Source of the DNA: a bacterium
GTDB taxonomy: Bacteria; JAMOTN01
Assembly (NCBI GenBank): GCA_027062325.1
Contig: JAMOTN010000079.1
Location: 361-64,360, forward strand
Direction of reading: 5' to 3'
Length of the DNA: 64,000 bases
A model generated the notes under the pieces. That model worked only from the letters and a program-made list of their open reading frames with translations. It made no database searches and had not been told where the DNA came from. This document shows, piece by piece, positions 50,506 to 60,144 of this stretch. Position 1 is the first letter of the stretch. Each line of letters opens with the position of its first letter. The position numbers were made by a program, and so were the translations under genes.

Positions 50506-52077
50506 ATGTCGAAATTTAAAACCTTGAAATTACTTATTTTATTTACTTTCATCGCAGTAAATTTTGTCAGCATTAGTGCTAGTCAACCAACAACTGTTTG
50601 GTTAATTCACTTCAACGACTTACATGGCAAAGTCTTTCCTTACAAAACTGCTCGTTTTGGAGGAGTTGAAAAGGAATTTTCGGCATTAACAGGCTTAGCC
50701 CAAGCTCTGCTTAAACTTCGCTTTGAGGCAGCTTTTAAAGGAATAAAAACAGCTTTCATATGTGCAGGTGACATTTGGCAAGGGACTCTTCTTGGTACCT
50801 TGACCGGTGGAAAAGCTATTGCGAAACTTTTAAATCGTATGGATATGGAAGTATCAACACTTGGAAATCACGAATTTGATCTTGGTAAAAATGCAACAGA
50901 AAAGTTCATAAACACATGCAATTTCCCATTCGTTGTAGACAACATAGATGGTTTACCAGTTGATAAGTGGTTAGTAAAAACATACGGTAACGTCAAAGTC
51001 GGTTTTTTAGGGATAGCTCCTCTTGAACTTCCTGAAGTCGTTTGTAAAGAATCCCTAGAAGGGATAAAATTCTATCCAGAAGTTTTCAAAATCCTTAATA
51101 AATACGTCAAGCTTCTTCGTAACAAACTTAAAGTCAATGCTGTAATTTTAATAAGCCACGCTGGAACAAAAGTTGATCGCATTATTGCAAAAAAAGTCCC
51201 TGGAATTGACGTAATAATTGGTGGGCATGATCATACTCCAAGTGGTCCCGAATTTGTTGGAAATACTTTGATAACGGACTGCTCTCCTTACGGCACAATG
51301 TTTGGTATTGTGGAATTAAAATTTGACAATAACGGCAAGTTAATCAAGAAAAGCGGCTGGCACGAATGGCTTTATGCCTCAAAGTATCCTCCTCGCTTTT
51401 CTTTTCTTGAATTTGCGAAAAAGCTGGAGAAAAGTGTAGAACCTTTGAAAAATCGCTATATATGCACTTTAAAAGAACCTCTCTTTAACGATTTAGCTGA
51501 AAACGCACCAGCTCGTTTTGTTCATTATGTAAACATTAACGGTGAAAAAGAACCAATAGAAACAAACTTTGGCAATTTAGTTTGCGACGCTATAAGGGCA
51601 AAGTTTGGGGTAGACATTGCTTTCCAAAACAAAGGTGGTATAAGAATAACTCTTAAGAAAGGTGACGTAACCTATGCCGACATGTTTGAAGCCTTCCCAT
51701 TTGAAAACTTCATAGTAATTCTAAAAATGACAGGTAAAGAGATTAAACAAGTTTTAGAACAAGGTCTTACATTCAAAAAAGGTGCCATAGACTTCTCTGG
51801 ATTGAAAGTATGGGTAGATCTTTCAAAACCAGAATTTCAGCGAGTAGTTAAAGTAACTCTCTTGAATGGAGAAGAACTTAAAGAGGATAAGGTTTATACC
51901 GTCGCATTAAACAACTTCCTGGCAGGCGGTGGTGATTACTTTAAGATTTTCGCTAAGATCAAAAACAGGAAGAGCTTACCAAATAGGTTACGTGAGACCG
52001 TAATTGATTTTATAAAGGGCAAAAAAGATTTAGTTTACGAAATCGATGGCAGGTATATTGTTGTAAACGAAAAATAA
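50506..52077 (+). CDS. secreted 5'-nucleotidase/metallophosphoesterase (UshA-like)
   Basis: signal peptide; calcineurin-like motifs HFNDLHG, GDIWQG, GNHEFD, ISHAG, GGHDH; C-terminal 5'-nucleotidase substrate-binding domain; start set to MSKFKTL after a AAGGAGG RBS. Confidence 0.75.
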   Translation: MSKFKTLKLLILFTFIAVNFVSISASQPTTVWLIHFNDLHGKVFPYKTARFGGVEKEFSALTGLAQALLKLRFEAAFKGIKTAFICAGDIWQGTLLGTLTGGKAIAKLLNRMDMEVSTLGNHEFDLGKNATEKFINTCNFPFVVDNIDGLPVDKWLVKTYGNVKVGFLGIAPLELPEVVCKESLEGIKFYPEVFKILNKYVKLLRNKLKVNAVILISHAGTKVDRIIAKKVPGIDVIIGGHDHTPSGPEFVGNTLITDCSPYGTMFGIVELKFDNNGKLIKKSGWHEWLYASKYPPRFSFLEFAKKLEKSVEPLKNRYICTLKEPLFNDLAENAPARFVHYVNINGEKEPIETNFGNLVCDAIRAKFGVDIAFQNKGGIRITLKKGDVTYADMFEAFPFENFIVILKMTGKEIKQVLEQGLTFKKGAIDFSGLKVWVDLSKPEFQRVVKVTLLNGEELKEDKVYTVALNNFLAGGGDYFKIFAKIKNRKSLPNRLRETVIDFIKGKKDLVYEIDGRYIVVNEK

Positions 52078-52098
52078 AAAGCAGGTATCTCCAAAACT

Positions 52099-52893
52099 AT
52101 GAAAGTAGAAGTTTTACATCGCTTAAAGTGCCTCAACCTCTCACCTTCGCGGAGGTTGGGGCAAAATTTTTTGTATTCTACAAGAGCCTTGAAATTTGTG
52201 AAAACTTGGGCTAAAAAATTAGCAGATAAACACGCCGATTACCGAATTTTTTCTATTGGACCAGGAATTGCTATTTTTGAAGAAGAATTGGCAAAAGCAG
52301 GCTTTAGAGTTTTATCAATAGAAAAAGACGCAAAATTTTTTCCCCTTTATGCCCAAATAAAAAGCTACAATCCAAACTTTCACACAGCAATTGCAGATGC
52401 AAGATTTGTCAAATTTCCTCCATTTCCCATATTTTCAAATCTCCCTTATTACGCCTCAAAATTTTTCATAGATAAAATTTGCCTAAGCAATAACTGGAAA
52501 TTTGGTATATTATGTCTCCAATATGAAGTTGGCCAACGCTTAATAAATCCCTCAGGCAAAAGATTATCACCTCTTTCAGCAATATTTACATTAAAAGCCA
52601 ATGTGGTAGATTTTCTTGTCATACCTAAACATTTTTTCATCCCAAAACCAAAAGTTGACAGCATAATGATCGTTTTTGAAGAAATACCTGATTCCCCAAA
52701 TTCTGAAATTTTAAGAAAGTTTGCTGATTGGCTTGGAATTCTTTTACAAAATCGCCGAAAAAAAATTAAAAACTCCTTACTTTTTAAAAAGGAACATCCA
52801 ATATGGGAGATATATGCAGACTATAGGGCAGAAGAGCTAAGTGTCAGCACTTTGTTTGAAGTTTTCCTTAAAACTACTTCTCTCAACCAATAA
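52099..52893 (+). CDS. rsmA: 16S rRNA (adenine1518/1519-N6)-dimethyltransferase
   Basis: LGQNFL, SIGPG, GNLPY, PKVDS, NRRKKIKNSL match the KsgA consensus blocks. Confidence 0.7.
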   Translation: MKVEVLHRLKCLNLSPSRRLGQNFLYSTRALKFVKTWAKKLADKHADYRIFSIGPGIAIFEEELAKAGFRVLSIEKDAKFFPLYAQIKSYNPNFHTAIADARFVKFPPFPIFSNLPYYASKFFIDKICLSNNWKFGILCLQYEVGQRLINPSGKRLSPLSAIFTLKANVVDFLVIPKHFFIPKPKVDSIMIVFEEIPDSPNSEILRKFADWLGILLQNRRKKIKNSLLFKKEHPIWEIYADYRAEELSVSTLFEVFLKTTSLNQ

Positions 52894-53926
52894 AAATTTC
52901 TCTTACAAAACCTGAAGCCAAAACTTTATCGCCATCGTAAATAACTCCAAGCTGTCCCGGAGAGATCAAGCTTTTCTTGTAAAGCTGCAGTTCAAGCTCT
53001 CTTTCTGAAAGCACAATCACTTTAGCAGGCATAAGCGGTTGACTATGTCGAAACTTCACTAGGTAATTCTCTCCATCAAGAGGCAAATACCACAAAACTT
53101 TTTCCAAAATCACCCGTTGAGCCAAAATTCGTCCAAACGGAGCCACAATGACCTCTTTGGTTTTGTAATCGATACTTTTAACATAAAATCGGTGTTTAGG
53201 TTGCTTATAAAAATGCTTTCCCAATCCTTTTCTCTGTCCCACTGTAAACTGCCAATAACCATCGTGTTCTCCAAGAATTTCTCCCCACTCATTAACAATT
53301 TTCCCTCTTCCCTCTTCCAAACTTTTTACAAATCCATACTCAACCAATTTTCTATTTAAAAACTTTATTAATCCATCTTTCATAAAACAGGCATCTTGAC
53401 TTTTAGGAGGAGCAACTTTTCCCACAAATTTTCCATAAAAACTCTCATACAATGCCACCACATCTTTTGAAGAATATTCAAACAATGGAAACAGCAAATT
53501 TGAAAAATCCCCTACCCACGCTAAAAAATACGACTGATCATTGTGCCCCGAGGCAAACGTTCTAAACAGCAAATCATTCTCCACCTTAGCATAATGCCCA
53601 GTTGCAAATAGCTCACACTCTTTAAGAGCCTCTTTTTTCAATGCTCCAAATTTTACTAACCTGTTACAAACTGCACATGGATTAGGAGTTTTAGCCTTGT
53701 AGTATGCCTCTGCTGTATAGCGCATAACATTATCAAACTCATCTCTTAAATCAATCACACGCAATACAAAATTGTTATCCTTCGCAAATTCAATAACCTT
53801 AGAACTCACGTTTTCACTCAGAAGAAGAGCATGGTATAAAACTACATCAAAACCCATCCTTCTCAACAATATAGCCGTAACACTACTATCTTTACCACCA
53901 CTAAAAGCTACAGCTATTCTCATCAT
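52883..53926 (-). CDS. mnmA: tRNA-specific 2-thiouridylase
   Basis: PP-loop AVAFSGGKDSSV; NPCAVCNRLVKF cysteine motif; ~347 aa. Confidence 0.85.
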   Translation of the reverse strand: MMRIAVAFSGGKDSSVTAILLRRMGFDVVLYHALLLSENVSSKVIEFAKDNNFVLRVIDLRDEFDNVMRYTAEAYYKAKTPNPCAVCNRLVKFGALKKEALKECELFATGHYAKVENDLLFRTFASGHNDQSYFLAWVGDFSNLLFPLFEYSSKDVVALYESFYGKFVGKVAPPKSQDACFMKDGLIKFLNRKLVEYGFVKSLEEGRGKIVNEWGEILGEHDGYWQFTVGQRKGLGKHFYKQPKHRFYVKSIDYKTKEVIVAPFGRILAQRVILEKVLWYLPLDGENYLVKFRHSQPLMPAKVIVLSERELELQLYKKSLISPGQLGVIYDGDKVLASGFVREIFIG

Positions 53927-54594
53927 TACCTCCCCAGTTTAGTAACAGAACTAGTACACCATTTACTTATAGGACACTTAGAACAATTAGTCGCACGAGG
54001 TGTACAAATCAACTGTCCCAATGCTACAAGCATTGGATTGATTGCAGGATTATTATCCCAAAACTCCTCAATTTCTTCCACTTTCATTTCTCTACCTGCA
54101 AATCTTTCTGTTATTCGTTTTACATGGGTATCAACAGATAAAACTCCCTCTCCTAAAAATGCCAAGACAATTCTTGCAACTTTTCTCCCAACCCCACTCA
54201 AAGAAACAAGGTAATCATAATCAGGTTTAATTGAGAAAACATCCTCATTAGAAAATGTTCTAACTAACTTTTTTAAATTTTTAGCTTTTACACGGTAGAA
54301 TCCCACAGGCTTTAAAATTTGGGTTATTTCCTCTAAAGGCATATCATCAAGATTAAAGAAGGTGTAATCCAAATGTTCAAACAATCGCTTTAAGGCATCT
54401 GAAGTAACATCATCCTTGGTTCTAGTGGAAATCAAAGCAGCAATTAAAACTACAACCCATTCTGGTACATCTTTAACTTTCTTAGCTATCACCTCAACCG
54501 TTTTCCTTAATCTGGCTACAGGAGAATTAACGCTATCATACCATTTTTCTAAACTACTAATTACCTCTTTTTTCATTTTCTCTCTATTGAACAC
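53926..54594 (-). CDS. nth: endonuclease III
   Basis: helix-hairpin-helix LSGVGRKVARIVL and C-terminal 4Fe-4S cluster C-x6-C-x2-C-x5-C (CTPRATNCSKCPISKWC). Confidence 0.85.
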   Translation of the reverse strand: MFNREKMKKEVISSLEKWYDSVNSPVARLRKTVEVIAKKVKDVPEWVVVLIAALISTRTKDDVTSDALKRLFEHLDYTFFNLDDMPLEEITQILKPVGFYRVKAKNLKKLVRTFSNEDVFSIKPDYDYLVSLSGVGRKVARIVLAFLGEGVLSVDTHVKRITERFAGREMKVEEIEEFWDNNPAINPMLVALGQLICTPRATNCSKCPISKWCTSSVTKLGR

Positions 54595-55784
54595 CCCATG
54601 CTTATAGGAACAACATCAGTTCCAACATCAAAGTTAACATCAGTTTCACAAACTTCTGTTTTCACCTCTCCACTAGGAACAACAAAAGTTATAAGCTTAG
54701 TTTTTCCATTAACCTTTACAACATCAAAACTTCCAAGTCTTCCTTCATAAGTCTTCATAATCTGAGCGCTGGAGTTAGAAACTCTGTAAATCAAGCTTTT
54801 TTGAGACTTAGGAGAATAAATTCCCACCAAAAATTCCTCTTTTCCTCCTTTTCTTATTCTATTTACTCCAACAGGCATTCCACTTTGTGAAAATCCCAAC
54901 ATTTTTCTCCCAGTTGTATCATAAACCGCAACATTGGTAATATAACTCACTCCCTTATTCACCTTTACAGCCTTAACACCGACAACTCCTATCTCTTTTT
55001 TTCCATCACCATCACTATCGTACAAAACAATCTGCTGAACAGGAACCTCATCATCCAACTTCAAGCTCTTTACCACACTATCATCCTTTTTTATCACCAT
55101 GTTATCAGAATCAACTATTAACATCTCTTTATAACCATCACCATCTACATCCTCAAATGCATAATCCCATATCTTGCTCCCCTTGTAAATCTGCTTAACA
55201 GCACCATTTGAAAGATCTTTAGCAACCAAATAAGTCTCCCCCGTTAAGGATAGTGAAATCCCCACTAAAGCCCCTTCTTCTCCCATCTCAGGTACATACT
55301 TCAACTTTAAAGCAGGAAATTGATCCATTACTCTTCCCGTACTAACCGCTACCAACTTATCCCCTATAACAGCAACACTCTCAGTTGCAGAAATTCTAGC
55401 TACATCTATTTTCTTACTCAAATCAGCGCCACCTTTAATCTGAACCTGATACTCAATTTTACCAGTTTTCAAATTTACTTTTGTTAAATTTCCTGCAATA
55501 TCCTTTACAAGAAGATATTGAGAACCCCCGCTATCTACTACAGCAGGAGCACTAACAATAGGAGCCCCAACCTGTAACGGAAAAACTTTATTAACTATCT
55601 CACCATCTTTACTAACTACGTGAACCATTCCATCTGTCCCTGTAAATACAATACTTCCATCATTAAGCACAATGGCTCCACCATAAACATCTCCGGGAAC
55701 CTTAACAGTTTCTGCTAAAGCAAACATATTAAAGACTAACAAAATAGCAAGCAGCTTTACAGGTAATCTAATGCTAGAAATCAT
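54573..55784 (-). CDS. secreted beta-propeller protein with FG-GAP/PQQ-like repeats
   Basis: signal peptide; repeated DxDGDG Ca-binding-like motifs (EDVDGDGYKEML, DSDGDGKKEIG); 22-nt overlap with nth. Confidence 0.45.
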   Translation of the reverse strand: MISSIRLPVKLLAILLVFNMFALAETVKVPGDVYGGAIVLNDGSIVFTGTDGMVHVVSKDGEIVNKVFPLQVGAPIVSAPAVVDSGGSQYLLVKDIAGNLTKVNLKTGKIEYQVQIKGGADLSKKIDVARISATESVAVIGDKLVAVSTGRVMDQFPALKLKYVPEMGEEGALVGISLSLTGETYLVAKDLSNGAVKQIYKGSKIWDYAFEDVDGDGYKEMLIVDSDNMVIKKDDSVVKSLKLDDEVPVQQIVLYDSDGDGKKEIGVVGVKAVKVNKGVSYITNVAVYDTTGRKMLGFSQSGMPVGVNRIRKGGKEEFLVGIYSPKSQKSLIYRVSNSSAQIMKTYEGRLGSFDVVKVNGKTKLITFVVPSGEVKTEVCETDVNFDVGTDVVPISMGCSIERK

Positions 55785-55869
55785 ATCAATACCCCCACAC
55801 CAAACTAAACTTAATTATACTTCTTCTATTTATTTAATAAGAGGCATCACCAAAACACTTTATTCTTAC

Positions 55870-56352
55870 TTAAAGCCATACTCTTGATGTAACTAAGTAA
55901 TGAGCATTGTAGTACCGCCCTTTTATCAAAAATTTGGCATATATCAGCATCCATTCTCTAATTTTCCCCTTATATTCAGCTTTTCCAGTTTTTATAATAA
56001 AATATCTAGTACTATCCTTTAGCACACTCTTAACGTAATCAACACTTTCTATTTCTATATTGTAATCCTTTAACTCACTCTCCATCTTACCTTTCAAAGC
56101 TCCTAAATTTTCTGGATATAAACCAACGTATCCAAAAAACACCCCCCTTGCTAACTCCGTGCGAAAAAGCACATCTAAATAATCCCACGCATAAGGAAAT
56201 ATGTTCATCTTGCTACGCTGATTCAATAATAAGGTTAATCCTAAACTTATACTAACCACAAGCAAAAACAAAATTAATACCTCTACATAACCCTTTTTAA
56301 AATCTTTAACTAAACCTCTTATTCTCATTGGAGTCACCCACAAATACAACAT
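55870..56352 (-). CDS. hypothetical membrane-anchored protein
   Basis: one TM (VLILFLLVVSISLGLTLLL); no known motif. Confidence 0.35.
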   Translation of the reverse strand: MLYLWVTPMRIRGLVKDFKKGYVEVLILFLLVVSISLGLTLLLNQRSKMNIFPYAWDYLDVLFRTELARGVFFGYVGLYPENLGALKGKMESELKDYNIEIESVDYVKSVLKDSTRYFIIKTGKAEYKGKIREWMLIYAKFLIKGRYYNAHYLVTSRVWL

Positions 56353-56402
56353 GTCATATTTATTTTAACAGGTTAAAAAGAACTAAAAAAGCTCAAGGCA
56401 AC

Positions 56403-56789
56403 TCAGTAAAAACCATGTCCATCTCTATTTACGAAATCTAAATCTTTTTCATTCTCTAAACCATCAACTTCTACCTTATATTTAACCATCCTCGCCATCT
56501 CTTCCAAAAGAAAACTTATTCTCGCCTCAACTTTTTTTATCTCATCGTACTTTTTCTCAACTTCCTGAGCTCTTTCATCTATTTTCCATAATAACTCTTG
56601 CAAGTCATCTCTTTGCTTTTTTAACGAATTATGAACACCTTCTAACATTAAATGACATCTATCCTCAAGTTCCAATAAATACCTAAATTTCTCATCATCC
56701 TTAAATTTAGTAATTAACCAGACACTCACTCCAACTCCTGTCATCGACAATATGTAACCACTTAATTTAAAAAGAACAGCCAAGTCCAT
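56403..56789 (-). CDS. hypothetical membrane-anchored coiled-coil protein
   Basis: N-terminal TM followed by a charged heptad-like region. Confidence 0.35.
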   Translation of the reverse strand: MDLAVLFKLSGYILSMTGVGVSVWLITKFKDDEKFRYLLELEDRCHLMLEGVHNSLKKQRDDLQELLWKIDERAQEVEKKYDEIKKVEARISFLLEEMARMVKYKVEVDGLENEKDLDFVNRDGHGFY

Positions 56790-57009
56790 AATTCCCTCTC
56801 CCCCGCAACCATTCTCAATTCAACACCAGTATCTACCACAAACTTTCTAGCTACCAAGCCCGTATATTCGCACTTTTGAATTTTATATTGTCATCTGACA
56901 ATCTATATATTAACACCTTTTTTTTATCCCATCAATAAAACAATTTCAACAAATAAAATTTTGACCAAAGTGATTAAAAATTATCCCTATAAAAAGCCAG
57001 CACAAACTA

Positions 57010-57038
57010 TTGACTTGGCAACAGGTTGTTTTTAAAAT
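57010..57038 (+). promoter_or_regulatory. sigma70-type promoter of the tRNA array
   Basis: TTGACT - 17 nt - TAAAAT, with the -10 ending 16 nt before tRNA-Val. Confidence 0.6.
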
Positions 57039-57054
57039 GGATAGTGTAGCTCAG

Positions 57055-57127
57055 GGGCGGGTAGCTCAGGTGGGAGAGCGTTGGCCTTACAAGCCAAAGG
57101 TCACAGGTTCGAACCCTGTCCCGCCCA
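57055..57127 (+). tRNA. tRNA-Val (anticodon TAC)
   Basis: GGGCGGG acceptor, TAGCTCAGG D-arm, anticodon loop CTTACAA, GGTTCGAAC T-loop, 3' CCCGCCC + A. Confidence 0.85.
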
Positions 57128-57149
57128 TTCAGAAAAAAGCAAGCAAAGC

Positions 57150-57223
57150 GGGGCCGTGGCGCAACCGGTTAGCGTATCGGCCTGTCAAGCCGGGGGTTGC
57201 GGGTTCGAGTCCCGTCGGCCCCG
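57150..57223 (+). tRNA. tRNA-Asp (anticodon GTC)
   Basis: GGGGCCG acceptor, anticodon loop CTGTCAA, GGTTCGAGT T-loop, 3' CGGCCCC + G, then a T-run. Confidence 0.8.
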
Positions 57224-57267
57224 CTTTTTTTATAATCAAGAGCAACTAAATTTGAAAATAACCGGGT

Positions 57268-57340
<73 letters not shown>

Positions 57341-57363
57341 CCTTTAATTTTATGCTGGAGTGG

Positions 57364-57435
57364 GGCGGCGTAGCCAAGTGGTAAGGCAGGGGACTGCAAA
57401 TCCCTTATACCCCGGTTCGAATCCGGGCGCCGCCT
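57364..57435 (+). tRNA. tRNA-Cys (anticodon GCA)
   Basis: GGCGGCG-TA-GCCAAG, anticodon loop CTGCAAA, GGTTCGAAT T-loop, 3' CGCCGCC + T. Confidence 0.8.
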
Positions 57436-57460
57436 TTTTCTTTTATCTTTTATACAGTTG

Positions 57461-57545
57461 GCCCGGGTGGCGGAATTGGAAGACGCGCTGGACTCAGGAT
57501 CCAGTGGGCGATAAGCCCGTGCGGGTTCAAATCCCGCCCCGGGCA
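57461..57545 (+). tRNA. tRNA-Leu (anticodon CAG)
   Basis: 85 nt with a long variable arm; anticodon stem CTGGA/TCCAG with loop CTCAGGA; GGTTCAAAT T-loop; 3' CCCGGGC + A. Confidence 0.85.
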
Positions 57546-57579
57546 TTTTTATCATGAAGGGCAAGTTGGGATTATAAAT

Positions 57580-58950
57580 ATGCTGGGGAAAACTGTCACT
57601 TTTCTTACTCATTGTTCTGCAAGATATGGCTCTGGGCATCTAATAAGAAGTTTAAGATTTTCAAGTTGGTTAGAAAAACTTGGCTTCAAAATTGAGTTTA
57701 TACTTCTGGATTCGGAAATAAATTCTGAAAAGTTAAATGTTTTCGTTAATCACTATCTATCTACAAAATTAAAACTTGCCTTTAAAAATTCAAGAGATCT
57801 CTCTCTTTCAAACCATACTTACCTTGTTATAGATATACCATTTAACAATAACCACCTTTTAAAGGAAATTTTAAAAGCTTTATTTGACACATCGGGAGAA
57901 CTTCGACATCTTGTATGGCTTGATCCTCCAAAATCAAAAGAGTTTTTAACACAACTTTATCTACTCTCTATACCTAAAATTATCCTAATTTCCTCTCTTC
58001 TCGAAGCACTGCCTGCTGTTAAAAGATATAATCTACCCGATAAACAAATTCTTCACTTTAAAGGATGGCGTTACATAATTCCAGCTCCTGAAATATTTAA
58101 ACTGAAACCTGTAAATCCTAGGAAAGAAAAAATTCTTACTACATTCGGTTTAATCCCTGATAATAAAATGCCTTTACAAAATCTAAAAATTATCTCAAAC
58201 TCCCCTAACATAATTAGCGAAATTGCAAACTCCTCAATCGTAATCACATCCTTTGGCCTTACAATGTTTGAAGCATTAAAACTTGGTAAGAGAGTTTGCA
58301 TAGTTCCAAAAACAGAAGAACAGATAAAATGGTATTCCCACTTGTTTAAATTATTAGGAATAACAGATAAAATTCCTAAAGAGATAAAGTTTCTTTCTCA
58401 AAATTTCACCAATGTTTTCTTTTCTGATAAAAGGATTGAAACAGCTTTTGAGGGAATATGGGAATTACTTTATTTATTTCTCCCTGTCAAAGATAAAGAC
58501 TTAACCCTTGAACTTACAACAGAAGACGATATGGAACTTTTACTTTACTGGAGGCAAAACCCTAAAATATACAAATTCTTTAAACGCCAAAAGAAACCTT
58601 TGTCCTGGGAAGAACACGAAAAGTGGTGGCATTTAAGAAAGGATCGAATCGATTGGATAATAAACTATAAAGGCAGAAGAGTAGGCACACTGAACGTCTC
58701 AAACTTTAAAAAAACACCTGAGATTGGAATTTTCATTGGAGATATCTCTATTCGCTCAAAAGGCCTGGGTACAAGGAGTATAAAACTTGCACTACATTTC
58801 TTGAGAAATGCTGCCTATAAAACCGTGCGGGCTGTAATTCACAAGGAAAACATACCATCCCAACGTGCATTTGAAAAAGCAGGATTCGAAAAAGAAGGAA
58901 ACTTACCCGAAAATCCCAAGTTTAATCTGTTTATTGCAACCTTAGACTGA
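57580..58950 (+). CDS. fusion: PseG-like UDP-sugar hydrolase (GT28 C-terminal-like) domain + GNAT N-acetyltransferase (PseH-like)
   Basis: N-terminal FLTHCSARYGSGHLIRSLRF (G-x-G-H motif of PseG/MurG-like fold), SSIVITSFGLTMFEALKLGKRVCIVP; C-terminal GNAT block VRAVIHKENIPSQRAFEKAGFEKEG. Confidence 0.5.
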   Translation: MLGKTVTFLTHCSARYGSGHLIRSLRFSSWLEKLGFKIEFILLDSEINSEKLNVFVNHYLSTKLKLAFKNSRDLSLSNHTYLVIDIPFNNNHLLKEILKALFDTSGELRHLVWLDPPKSKEFLTQLYLLSIPKIILISSLLEALPAVKRYNLPDKQILHFKGWRYIIPAPEIFKLKPVNPRKEKILTTFGLIPDNKMPLQNLKIISNSPNIISEIANSSIVITSFGLTMFEALKLGKRVCIVPKTEEQIKWYSHLFKLLGITDKIPKEIKFLSQNFTNVFFSDKRIETAFEGIWELLYLFLPVKDKDLTLELTTEDDMELLLYWRQNPKIYKFFKRQKKPLSWEEHEKWWHLRKDRIDWIINYKGRRVGTLNVSNFKKTPEIGIFIGDISIRSKGLGTRSIKLALHFLRNAAYKTVRAVIHKENIPSQRAFEKAGFEKEGNLPENPKFNLFIATLD

Positions 58951-60138
58951 TCCAGATCTTTCCACTTCTCTTTTTCTAAAACTGTAATCAGCAGGGAAAC
59001 TGAAAACTTCAAGTTTTAAAGCTTGGGCCAGTTCAAATGCATCCTCTAAAATTGAGGCTTGTATCTGTTCATATTCAATCCATTCAGTTGTCTTTAGAAA
59101 ACAGTATATCTCAACTTCAACTCCGGTCGGAGTGCAATTTATATAACGAACCATGTGGGTGTAGCGGGGGCTAACTTTTGGATGAGTTGATATGTATAAG
59201 TTAAGAAATTTTCTGTATAGCGTAAGGTTGTTTGTCTCTTTTTCCACTTCCAGTAGTTTTTTAGCCTCTTTTATAAAATTTTCATTGTAAAATATCTTTT
59301 CCAATGCCTTTTCTACTTCATATCTATCTATACTTTTTATACTCGTAGTTGTCACATACAAGCTTTTCTTCATACGTCTTGCCCTTGCACTCTTCATCCC
59401 TCTCCAATTTTTAAAGGAATCCTCTAACAATTTATAAGTTGGAATAACAATATAAGTTTTATCCCAATTTCGCACTACAAGTGAATGAACTGTTAAATCA
59501 GTTACCTCTCCATCTGCACCGTACTTAGGCATTTCTATCCAATCCCCAATTCTTATGAGATCCTGTGCAATAACCTGAAAACTTGCAAAAAATGAAAGCA
59601 AGGTCGTCCTAAACACCAACATCAAAACCGCACTCAGAGCACCAATTCCAGAAAGTACAGTTAAAACAGAAACATTAAACACCACTCCAAAGCTAACAAG
59701 TAGAAACGATCCCCAAATTATTACCTTTGCAAGCTGAACATATCCCCGCATTGGCCACCTCTTAGCTATTGGACGAGAATTATATATCTCAAGTAAAGCA
59801 TCCAAAAGTCTACCAAGTGCAAGGGCTATTGAAAAACCTATGGCTATTTTGGAAGCCTTAATCATCAACACGTAAAATATCTTTTCAAACTTATTTAAAC
59901 CAACATCAGAATACTTAGAAGAAAATACAAAATACATTACTAATGCAGGTAAGAAGTAATTCAAACTATCGAACACCTTATTTTTGACTATTACATCATC
60001 AAATTTTATCTTAGTTTTTCTAGCAAAACGTCTTACCCATACTAAAACAACATATCGAGTAAATAAAAACACCAAGTAAGCTCCCACTATGGATAAAACT
60101 AAAATTCCCGCTACAGTCATTACTTCTTTCATAAGCAC
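58942..60138 (-). CDS. mechanosensitive ion channel, MscS family
   Basis: TM region followed by the MscS beta-domain IRIGDWIEMPKYGADGEVTDLTVHSLVVRNWDKTYIVIPTYKL. Confidence 0.8.
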   Translation of the reverse strand: MLMKEVMTVAGILVLSIVGAYLVFLFTRYVVLVWVRRFARKTKIKFDDVIVKNKVFDSLNYFLPALVMYFVFSSKYSDVGLNKFEKIFYVLMIKASKIAIGFSIALALGRLLDALLEIYNSRPIAKRWPMRGYVQLAKVIIWGSFLLVSFGVVFNVSVLTVLSGIGALSAVLMLVFRTTLLSFFASFQVIAQDLIRIGDWIEMPKYGADGEVTDLTVHSLVVRNWDKTYIVIPTYKLLEDSFKNWRGMKSARARRMKKSLYVTTTSIKSIDRYEVEKALEKIFYNENFIKEAKKLLEVEKETNNLTLYRKFLNLYISTHPKVSPRYTHMVRYINCTPTGVEVEIYCFLKTTEWIEYEQIQASILEDAFELAQALKLEVFSFPADYSFRKREVERSGSV

Positions 60139-60144
60139 CCTCCT

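Noticed and set aside
48890-50506. Shared 12-mer GAATGTAGTATG near the RBS of both the C11 peptidase and the 5'-nucleotidase genes
   Set aside because: A single exact 12-nt match in 64 kb is expected by chance many times over. No further flanking similarity or palindromic structure supports a shared operator.
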